Origin: Eledone cirrhosa
Lineage: Eukaryota
NCBI GenBank assembly: GCA_964016885.1
Contig: OZ024740.1
Location: forward strand, 147,994,001 to 148,058,000
Length of the DNA stretch: 64,000 bases
Direction of reading: 5' to 3'
In this document: piece by piece, positions 53,535 through 64,000 of the stretch
How positions within the stretch are numbered: position 1 is the first letter of the stretch
Layout of the letters: each line of letters begins with the position of its first letter
Notes under the pieces: model-generated
Databases searched by the model: none
What the model was told of the DNA's origin: nothing
The model's input: the letters and a program-made list of their open reading frames with translations, nothing else
Translations under genes and position numbers: made by a program

Positions 53535-53655
53535 ATCTGAGTTCAAATCCCGCCGAGGTTAAATTTGCCTTTCATCCTTACGGGGTCTAAAATAAAGTAC
53601 CAGTAATGCACTGGGATAATTGCTGGCCTGGTGCCAAAAGTAGAAACAATTATTT
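53535..53655 (+). mobile_element. SINE family B fragment
   Basis: GAGTTCAAATCCCGCCGAGGTTAA...TAAAGTACCAGTAATGCACTGG. Confidence 0.75.
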
Positions 53656-54419
53656 AATAATAATTTTCGAGACTGTATGTCATGGGCAGAATATTTAACT
53701 GCGATTTCTAGCAGGGCAAGTGATCATATAAAAGTTCTTATTAGCTGGTGGTAGCTAGCTCTAAATGGGATAGCATAACTTCCCAACATAAATAACAGCA
53801 GAATTGATGAATGATTGCTAACATGTGATAATTAGTTCAATTCCTGGGACTTGAAAAGCTACCTTTCTTAGCCAAGCACCCCATGCAGATGAATTATTTC
53901 ACATTTGTTTAACAATTTCATACACAATAATCCAGAAAGAGAAGAATGATTATGAAAGAGATCAGTTAACTTATTTGAGACTCAAACAACTCATAAGAAT
54001 TGAATACATTTTCCTGCTTTTGTACAATGGCTTTAAATTTTAAGTATCAATTCAAACGAAAAAGTCTTATCTAAGGCAATGACTTAATTTTTAAGAAAGT
54101 TCAGAATTAGTAAGTTCTAAGAGTAGCGTTGTTACAGAATAGGAATCACTTTACGTTTTTGGTACCAAACCACCCTTCAAATTATGAAACAAAACTGCTA
54201 ATTTTAAAATGATTATCATTATATTAAAACCTTGCATCATAATTTAATGATTGAAATTTTTCTTGGTTAATGTTCTAAATTTCAGCTTAGTAATGAAAAA
54301 CTTAGTTACTTTATCAAATTTCTCCAAATATTTGGTTATTTGCAAAATTAATTCAAACACATAGGCATTGTATTTCATTAGAGATACAGCAAGAAATGGA
54401 TTAACACTACTGTTACATA

Positions 54420-54710
54420 TCATCATCATCACCATTTTACATCCGTTCTTCCACGCTAGCATGGGTTAGACGGGTTGTCCTGCTGTGGGCAGTGTCCAGT
54501 TGGCTGACCTTGTCTTGCTCATACAGGAATTGATTCTGGCTTGATTTCTACAGCTGGATGCCCTTCCTAACACCAACCTCATTTACAGTGAGGGCTGGGT
54601 GTATTTTTTCCGTGGAGCCTACACGTCGACTTTACAGTGTGGGCTGGGTGCTTTTTTGCCGTGGCACCTCCACGACCACTTTGCAGTGGGAGGGTGTGGG
54701 GGAATATTGT
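54420..54710 (-). mobile_element. RTE 3' UTR/tail fragment
   Basis: Reverse complement of 58155-58445. Confidence 0.8.
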
Positions 54711-54779
54711 CTATATATATATATATATATATACTCATACACACACACACGCACACACACACACACATATATATATATA

Positions 54780-55500
54780 GCACCTTCATCAGTTCTGATG
54801 AAACACTGTATTTGGAGATGTCATTTTTTAAAAATGTTCTTGTATCCTGTTATGAAGTTGGCATTTCAAAGAACCAGTGTAGTTGGCTGCACAAATGCAG
54901 CTCAACTCATATTCTACATGGTGTCTTGAGCATATTGGTTTTATATTGTTGTTGTTGTTGTTAATTCCTGTGGTAGTGTATTCTCTGACAGGGCATCTCC
55001 GAGGGCAGAAGAGGCCTCATCTTTGATTCTCTGTATGAGGTGTTGTCTCAATGTCCTTCTATGCCTTGTTACACTGGGAGACCTAATCCTTTGCTACAGT
55101 TTCTCAGACAATTTTCTGCCTGTTATCCTTAGTATGGCAGATCAATGTAGACCCAGGTTTTATCTTTGTTTTCTCATTTCTTTCTCTCCTTTTCTTTCTT
55201 CTTGTTGGTGTTGCTGTTGGTCTGTGAGTGGTTGTGGCTGCAAGACTAAAGGTGGTGGTGTCACTGTTTGGGTTTGTGTTCTCCTCTTATACTCTTCACA
55301 TTTCTTACAAACTTCATACCCTCTCTTTTGCAGCAGTTTCTGAAAGTTGTTTAGCATGGATCTTGCTTGGGTGTCCTCATTGCATCTGTCCATGTAGCAA
55401 ATTTTGTGCATTAAAACCCTTCTATCAGAATCTTATTTCTGCATTTGAAAACATTTGCACCTGCTCTCAATATATACAATTCTAATAATAGGCTGCTATC
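54780..55500 (-). mobile_element. Probable PLE remnant
   Basis: KIC...F.KLL.KRGY thumb-like peptide; partial CTGATGA/GAAAC motifs next to (TA)n. Confidence 0.4.
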
Positions 55501-55774
55501 ATAAAATCTGTATATAGGTACATGTCCATATGGTTAAACATTTTGCATGGGGAGTCTCGTTCAATCCCATATCATGACATCTTGGGCAAATGTGGTCTTA
55601 GTGACTATGGAATACTAAGCTATCTGCACTGTGAGGCAATATGTAGGTAATTCCATTGATCAAACAAATGGGAGCCACATTTGTTAAAATTAATGAGAGT
55701 CTATCATTATCTAATTTATATGAATAAATATTTATATTTAGGAATAAGTATATTTAATTAACTCTTTTTTCATC

Positions 55775-58447
55775 AGAGGGCGTGATAGATGGATGGTTGT
55801 AAACACAAAAGTCTTCCCTGGTGAGGAATGTACCTCCCAACATAACTTAGTTGTCAACGACCTCGCTGGCAAAACTAGACGAACTTGGAAACAGAAGGTA
55901 ACCTGGAGAAGAAAGATCTGGAAGCTGAAAGACCCCTCAGTCAGTAACAGGTTTAAAGATATTCTACTCAACGCCTATGACAATAAAGAAGAACAGATAG
56001 AGACATTCAATGTAGAAGAGCACTGGGAGTTCCTAAAAAATAACTTACTAGAGGTGACGGATGAGATCTGAGGTTGGAGCAAGTCCTCAGGGAGGAGGAG
56101 AGTGATTTGGTGGTGGAACAATAAGGTAGATGAGGCAGTTACGGCTAAGAGGCAGGCATGGAAAGAATAGAAGAACGGGGTAGCAGGGTACATTACATAG
56201 AAACTAGGAGGGAACTAGGTGACAAGTATACTTAGCTAAAAACTAAGCAGAGGATAGAAAATTCAAGCATATTTTGCAACGTGAGGACCAGAAACACGAG
56301 TGGTGTAAGATTACGAGGCAGTGTGTCAGAGAGAATTGTGATGTCATTGGAGAGAAGTGTATCCGGAATGATAATGGTGAGCTTTCCCTCACAAGTGTTG
56401 AGAAGAAAGCTGCATGAAAGAGCCATTATGAAAGATTACTAAACAAAGAGAATGCATGGGAGAAAGAGACCCTACCCCAAACGGACCCTATAGAAGGGCC
56501 AGCAGTACAAGTCAGCAGCAGCGTAGTAAGTAAGGCAATCAAAGATATGAAGGGAAGGTAACCGGAAGGCAACCGGTCCATCGAGTATAGCTGCGGAGAT
56601 GCTGAAGGCATAACCACACAAATTGTTAACCAGGTAATACTAGAGGGTATCATACCAAAGGCTTGGTGCAGCAGCAACATTGTCAAATGCTACAAAGGTA
56701 AAGGTGATGCACTAGATAGAGGAAACTATAGAGGTATAAAGCTGATGGACCAGGTCATGAAAGTAACGGAAAGAGTTATAGCACAGTTGATTAGGGACCG
56801 GTTGAAACTAGATGAGATGCAATTTGGGTTTGTACTAGGAAAAGGCACCACTGATGCCCTTTTCCTTGTGAGGCAGTTACAGGAAAAGTACCTAGCTAAA
56901 AGTAAGCTGCTCTACCTGGCATTTATCAATCTGGAAAAAGCCTTTGACAGAGTCCCCCATGCTATAATCTGGTGGGCTCTTAGAAAATTAGGAGTAGATG
57001 AATGGCTTGTGAAAGCTGTACAAGCCATGTATAGAGGAGCAGTCAGCAAAGTTAGGATTAGCAATGACTATAGCGAGGAATTTAGCATACAGGTTGGTGT
57101 CCACCAGGGCTCTGTTCTTAGCCCTCTCCTGTTCATTATAGTTTTGCAGGCAATAACGGAGGAGTTTAAGACCGGATGCCCATGGGAACTCGCACTTATA
57201 GCTGAATCCATGGTGGAACTAGAGAAGAAATTCCAAACATGGAAGCAGGGACTAGAAAGAAAGGGTCTCAAAATCAACCTGACAAAGACTAAGGTTCTTG
57301 TAAGTAGACGAGAAAACAGAACCCAGATCCCCTCAGGGAAATGGGCTTGCTCAGTATGTAGGAAAGGTGTAGGTAGGAACCCCATCCTCTGCCCCAAATG
57401 CAAACAATGGGTATACAAGAGATGTAGTGGGATCTCAGGAAGTTTAACTAAGAATGTAGGCTTCATATGTAGCAGCTGCGCTGGGACAGCAAGCAGCAAA
57501 TGACCACAGGAAACAAGCACCACCAAACTCTGGGAGGGCTCTGTAGAAACAGTAGACAGCTTCTGCTACCTAGGTGACCGAATTAGCATTGGAGGTGGGT
57601 GTTCAGAAAGTACAATAACTAGAGTAAGAACGGGATGGAAGAAGTTCAGGGAGCTACTGCCACTGCTAGCTGCAAAGGTCTTTTCCCTCAAAATGAAAGG
57701 CATGATGTGTGTATATGAACAGCAATGTTACATGGAAGTGAAACCTGGGGGCTGTCTGTAGAAGACTTGTGCAGATTAGAAAGAAATGAAGCTTGTATGC
57801 TCCAATGGATGTGTAATAGTAATAATATACACGAACGGCAAAGTTTAAACGAATTGAGAGAGAGACTGAGCATCAGAGAATCAAATGATGTGTGCAGGAG
57901 AGGAGGTTCCATTGGTATGGACATGTGATGCGTATGAAGGATGACAGCTGCATAAAAAGGTGCAGAGCACTAGAAGTCGATGGAAGCCGCGGAGTGGAGA
58001 AACCCAAGACCTGGGATGAGGTGATAAAGGCCGACCTTACCAAATTGCACCTCTCAAGAGCAATGACACATGACCGTGACCTCTGGCGTCACGCAGCGAC
58101 ACAGAAGACCCGACTCCCCCTCCCCACAGGAACAAGCCGAAGCTGAAGCATATAGACAATATGCCCCCACACCCTCTCACTGTAAAGTTGTCATGGAGGT
58201 GCCACGGCAAAAAAGCACCCAGCCCACACTGTAAAGTGGACGTGTAGGCGCCACAGAAAAAAGCACCCAGCACTCACTGTAAATGAGGTTTGTGTTAGGA
58301 AGGGTATCCAGCTGTAGAAATCAAGCCAGAATCAGTTCCTGTATGAGCAAGACAAGGTCAGCCTACTGGACACTATTCACAACAGGACAACCCGTCTAAC
58401 CCATGCTAGCGTGGAAGAACGAACGTAAAACGATGATGATGATGATG
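55775..58447 (+). mobile_element. RTE-clade LINE, 5'-truncated, with a Cys-rich PHD-like insert in the RT region
   Basis: SQHNLVV, WWN, CYKGKGD..NYRGIKL, LEKAFDRVP, VGVHQGSVLSPLLF, CSVC..CPKC..W.YKRC..CSSC, FCYLG; (ATG)n tail. Confidence 0.92.
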
Positions 58448-59333
58448 TATTGTGTTAATGTTTATATAATTTCATAATATATTCTGTTCTTTCTGTCAGT
58501 ATAGTATTACATAATATTCAATTGAAATATTTAATAATCTTTTTCATTGCATATTTTATTAATAAATCAATTGCAACAACTAAACATATTGTCTCTTTTA
58601 TACAATGTAAAAAAAAGTCAAGTGCTTAGAACTATTTCAGTAGAAAAGATGAGATTAAAGATGAAGCTGAATGCTTAAAATGTTAAAATAAAAATTAATT
58701 AAAGTGTTGTGGTGGTTCAACAACTGGACTGTTAAATTAAAATTTGATGAATTAAAAAATATAAAACTTTTTATTTAAAATATTATTTGTCTATGTGTAA
58801 TTATCATTTAAGAGATTTTTCTACTGAATTTAGAAGAAAGAAATTGTAATTTGTTGTTAGTATTCTTCAATAGGGTTTTCTCTACATGTCAATTAATTGC
58901 TGTTCTATGTATGCTTGTAACAGTAAAAGCATTAAGTAAAGAATTACATTGAAACACTTTTGGGACACTAAAGTAGTGATTTAAAGATATATGTAGACTT
59001 TACTGATAAATGTCAGTATCAGTAAACTAGTAGGTATCATCACCAGTATTGAAAAGTTTGAACCTTTCAGCACTTAGATATTACTGACACAATATCTATA
59101 ACCAGCCATATTATGTCCCCAACCTGTTCAATATAGTTGCACAATATCTCTAAACAAACTACTTATGGTGAAAATATAGCTGCATGTTTGGGGAAGAACA
59201 TGAGCTAATGAAAGAGCCTCTATATAGTCATTCATTTTGATAGGAAAAGCAGCGAAATTTCCCACATATTACACCCTATTGTCTTAAAAGTTCTAAATGT
59301 TAGAATGTAGATGCATAAAGAGGCAAAGTTAGG

Positions 59334-59381
59334 TACACACACATACACACACACAGGCACACACAGAGGCACACACACACG

Positions 59382-59466
<85 letters not shown>
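59334..59466. repeat. Compound (CA)n(TA)n microsatellite
   Basis: Direct reading. Confidence 0.9.
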
Positions 59467-60117
59467 CTTTGTCTCTCTGTTCCTATGCATTCTCAAATGG
59501 CTGGACCAAATCAAATCAAATTTTACAAGGTAATAAATAGTATTAGGCTCTGGGAGTGTCAACATGTAATTTTTATTTTCATTTGGATTAAAAAAATATA
59601 ATATTTCATCTAGAATAACATTTCTATAGTAAACTATAGTAAACCATGAGGACGACGACCATGATGACATCACATTGTATATGAGTATGTATGTGTCTTT
59701 TACTGTGTGTGTGTGTGCGCGTTCATTAGATACGTGATTAAATACACACTCATATCTACACATATGTAGGACAACTGATCAAAAGTGAGGTGAAAAGCTA
59801 TGCATGTATCTGTGTATCTGCGTGAATGTATGTCTGTGTGTGAGTATGTAGCAACAATTTATTCATTTGGACACCAACAAAATATTACACAATGACTATT
59901 ATTTACCCTGAGGTGCTTCAAGATTGACAGATTTTCATTTCTAAATTCTATTATCATTACATTTTTGATATTTTAAAAATAAAATATAGATATTTTCAAA
60001 TAATTATAAGGAAAAAAACATATCTTCATATTTATTGTTTAGTAATCTGAATAAGAACAGCAGTAACCCGGGCAACGCTGGGTAATTCAGCTAGTATATA
60101 TATATATATATATATAT

Positions 60118-61025
60118 CATCAGCATCACAGTTTTACGTCCATTCTTCCATGCTAGCATGGGTTAGATAGGTTGTCGTGTTGTGGGCAGTGTCCGGTCGG
60201 CTGACCTTGTCTTGCTCAAACGGGAACTGATTCTGGCTTGATTTCTACAGCTGGATGCCCTTCCTAACACCAACCTCATTTACAGTGAGTGCTGGGTGCT
60301 TTTTTGTTCCTGTGAGAAGTCAGGTCTTCTGTAGTACTGTGTGATGCCAGAGGTCACGGTCGTGTGTCATTGCCCTTGAGAGGTGCAACTGGGTAAGGTT
60401 GGCTTTTATCACCTCATCCCAGGTCTTCTTGGCTCACTCCGTGGCTTCCATCGACTTCTAGTGCTCTGCACCTTTTTATGCAGCTGTCATGCTTCATACG
60501 CATCACATGTCCATACCAATGCAACCTCCTTTCCTGCACACAGCATTTGATTCCTCTTATGCTCAGTCTCTCTCTCAATTCATTTATACTTTGCCATTCA
60601 CGTATATTACTATTACACATCCATCAGAGCATGCAAGCTTTGTTTCTTTCTAATCTGTGCAAGTCTTCTACAGACAGCGCCCAGGTTTCACTACCATGTA
60701 ACATTGCTGTTCATATACACACATCATACAGTCTGCTTTTCATTTTGAGGGAAAAGCCTTTTGCAGCTAGCAGTGGCAGTAGCTCCCTGAACTTCTTCCA
60801 TCCCGTTCTTACCCTAGTTATTGTACTTTCCAAACACCCACCTCCACTGCTAATTCGGTCACCTAGGTAGCAGAAGCTGTCTACTGTTTCTACAGAGCCC
60901 TCCCAGAGTTTGGTGGCGCATACAGGAGTTCCCATGGGCATCCAGTCTTAAACTCCTCCGTTATTGCCTGCAAAACTATAATGAACAGGAGAGGGCTAAG
61001 AACGGAGCCCTGGTGGACACCGACT
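60118..61025 (-). mobile_element. RTE LINE 3' fragment (same family), Cys-rich segment deleted
   Basis: VGVHQGSVLSPLLF..CPWELLYA joined directly to LWEGSVETVDSFCYLG. Confidence 0.88.
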
Positions 61026-62384
61026 GTATGATAGCCCTCTGTGGTTAACTCCAATGTGCCACATGAAAAGAGATGGAAGTTTGAAATCTCTTGTTGCGAA
61101 TAGATTTGATGTGTCTTTGGGAATCCTAATGCTGTTGGAAGAAGATAAGTCACATCCTAAGAGTAGAGTTGCTTTTTTGTTGTGATTTAGGAATAGCTTT
61201 CTATGATTGAACTCTGTATGTATTTCTTCATATCATCATTAAAAAGGCTTTCTTTTTGTCAACCACATACACCCTTGTTCTTGTGTATTTTAAAAATTAT
61301 TTTTATGCATGTTTGCCACTTGCTTCACTAAAATCAAAATAAGTGAATGCCTGTCAGCCTTACTCACACTAAACTCTGCTATCCAAATGAACAAAAAAGT
61401 GTAAATAAATGGAAAAGACAAAATCCACAAGTGACAACTTTTGCAAGCTCACAAAGGAAGAAGTTGGAGTTTTTCTGTTTCTCGTGTGAGGATCAGGCAT
61501 AGTAGAAAACAAGGGGCTTGGATACTATAGCAAGTGTTTGTACTTTCTGCTAGCATGTACTGTTTGTGGCAATGGTAGTGGTGGAGGGAAGGGAGAATGG
61601 GTGGTAACATAGTATTAATATTTGAATTAATGGGTAAAAAAGAGAATGTTAGTTTAATAATTAGCATACTTTCCATTAAAAACATTTTTATTTTTGATTT
61701 GTACCCCTAATACTGATATTATATGCTTGGTATCAGTAATATGTTTCTTTCAAAAATGGTATTTTGCTGATATTCTTATACTAAGATTAATAACTCATAA
61801 TCATAATCACCGTTTAACGTCCATTTTTCCTTGCTCGGATGGGTTAGATGGGTTGTCCCATTTGAAGCAAGTTGGATCAGGTGTCCTAATGCCAACCACA
61901 TTTACAGTGTGTGCTGGGGGATTTTTGCTGTGACTCCTTGTGTGTGTCTGTGTCATTGCATGTGAATATGACAGAAAATATGAAATAAGAATGCATTACA
62001 TATATATAAATGGGTGATAATTTCAGTGTTTATTACTGAAATAAAATGGAGGCTATTAAAACATACTTATTGTTTTAATATTTTACTGGTTTCAGTCTTT
62101 TGATGGTGAATATGATGATTCACACCCTTCAATAATTTTTAGATGATTATATCAACTCTTGACATATTTATTTTATTGATGTTGTAAGAGGCAAAGTACA
62201 AAATCAATCTGGATGTACTGACTTGTACTGAACGAAAGACTACAAAATATTTTTTATTCAATATACTGTTTTTGCTTGCATTTATCTCTACACTGATAAT
62301 ATAAAAATATATTTTATATAGTAATGCTCCACAGGCATGACTGGGTAAAGAATAAAAGGACAGTTTCTATGGGGAAATTTTACA

Positions 62385-63757
62385 GACAATTTCAGGCAAC
62401 TTCAATGGACATGTACCAGGATGGATTCCATGGGGTTCATGGTGGCTATGGTCATGGCTCTAGGAACGAAGAGGGGCTGAGACTCCTGGAATTCTGTCAT
62501 GCAAATGAACTAACCATCAGGAAACTAGCCAACTACCTGATTTCATATCAATCAGGTGAACACACAAACCAAATTAATTACTTGCTTGTTAGACAATGAG
62601 ATAAATGGACTGTAATAAATAGTAAGGCCTTCTATTTGGAAGAATGCACTGTCCAGCTAGTTATTAGTGACATCAAAATAAACAAAAGACAGAACAAGAC
62701 ACACGAGAAAATATGAAGGGTGTGGAAGCTAAAGGACTTCTTGGTTAAATATAGGTTTAGAAAGGCCTTGCAGGATGCACTTGATCAGAGGGATGACAAG
62801 CTCGATACATATAATGTGAAGGACAACTGGAAATTCTTACATAACAACCTTTTGCAAATTACTGGCAAGACTTGCGGCTAAAGTAAAGCATCAGCCAGAC
62901 AGAGAGTAACCTTGTGGTGGAACAGCACAATAAATGCAGCCATTAAATCATTGAGACAGGCATGGACAGATTGGAAAAATGGTGGTAGCAAGCAGAGACC
63001 AGAAGCTAGACAACAGGTATATACAGCTTGGAGAGGGGCTGAAGAAAGTGAATTTGCCAATGACTTGAGATGTGAGGATCAGAAGTGGGAAGTGTTCCAT
63101 ATTGCAAGGCAGTATGTTAGTGTGAATCGAGATGTTGTTGGGGAACACTGTTAGAAATTACACTTAGCACCACAGATACTCAAAAGAAAGAGGCCTGGAA
63201 ATATTGCTATGAGAGATTGATGAATGTAGAGAATGAATGGAAAGAAGAGAAACCAACATCAACTTATCCAAAGGAAGGACCAGCTATTGAAGTTGATTGT
63301 TTTAGTGTCAAATATGCAATCACTGAAATGAAGAATGGTAAAGATGCAGGACCATCAGAAATAGTTTCTGAGATGCTAAAAGCATCCGTAGAGGTAGGAG
63401 TCAAACTAGTAACCCGTATAATAAATCTAGTAATACATGACGGAGTCATACCTAATGACTGGCGCAGTAGTACAATCATAAATTGCTACAAGGGCAAAGG
63501 TGATGCTCTAGAAAGGAGCAACTATAGAGGAATAAAACTAATTGACCAAGTTATGAAAGTAACAGAAAGCGTTATAGCGCAGCTAATTAGAGAAAGAATC
63601 AAAATGGATGCCCTCTTCCTAGTGAGGCAACTACAAGAGAAGTTCCTAGCCAAAAAATAAACCACTATATTTAGCTTTTGCTGATTTAGAGAAGGCCTTT
63701 GACAGAGTATCTCAATCTATGATCTAATGGTCCTTAAGGAAATTAGGTGTAGACAAA
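62385..63757 (+). mobile_element. RTE LINE internal fragment (APE to RT), degenerate
   Basis: VHGGYGHGSRNEEGLRLLEF, WWN, GKDAGPS, CYKGKGDALERSNYRGIKL, DLEKAFDRV. Confidence 0.85.
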
Positions 63758-63970
63758 CAAACTTCTGTCAGTTTCAACAATGCTGGTTGCTCATCAGAAG
63801 AGTCTACTGGTATGAAATAGTAAACTATGTAATCATAGTACGATATCGTAAGATTTAAAATTTTCTCTTTCAAATACAAATTTCCATCTATGCAGAATGA
63901 CACATGTATTAATTTAATAAAATGAACATATAACTCTATAATAAAATACAAAAACTTTCTTTTAATTTAC

Positions 63971-64000
63971 CTGAATCATTTGTCTTTCAAATGTTGAAAC
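63971..64000 (-). CDS. Possible exon 3' end at the window edge
   Basis: Minus strand VSTFERQMIQ followed by CAG|GTAAAT donor; only 30 nt visible. Confidence 0.25.

Noticed and set aside
54783-54815. Complete hammerhead
   Set aside because: CTGATGA occurs on both strands, but the motif is truncated by (TA)n and helices I/II cannot be closed

Overview
AT-rich eukaryotic DNA, largely intronic or intergenic. The SINE/LINE content and the (TA)n, (CA)n and (ATG)n microsatellites suggest a mollusc, probably an octopus (inference). No complete host gene is recognisable; only a few weak splice-site-bounded exon candidates are visible. The window is a nest of retroelements: about 8 Penelope-like element (PLE) copies or remnants, a full-length 5.8 kb Ty3/Gypsy element of CsRn1 type with 487-bp LTRs and a 4-bp TSD, two R4/Dong LINEs (one split by the Gypsy), several RTE-clade LINEs, a GC-rich L1/Tx1 LINE, CR1 and CRE remnants, a hAT remnant, three tRNA-derived SINE families and a 41-bp minisatellite. 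The most notable signal is not in the ORF track. About 13 type-I hammerhead ribozyme motifs, folded by eye, lie at the ends of the PLEs. One non-coding ~700-bp element (10838-11545) has two hammerheads exactly 528 nt apart in direct repeats, the architecture of a retrozyme able to release a 528-nt, possibly circular, RNA. Other oddities are a 32-nt tRNA-Trp primer-binding site in the Gypsy element and a twin-priming-type inversion in an RTE element.
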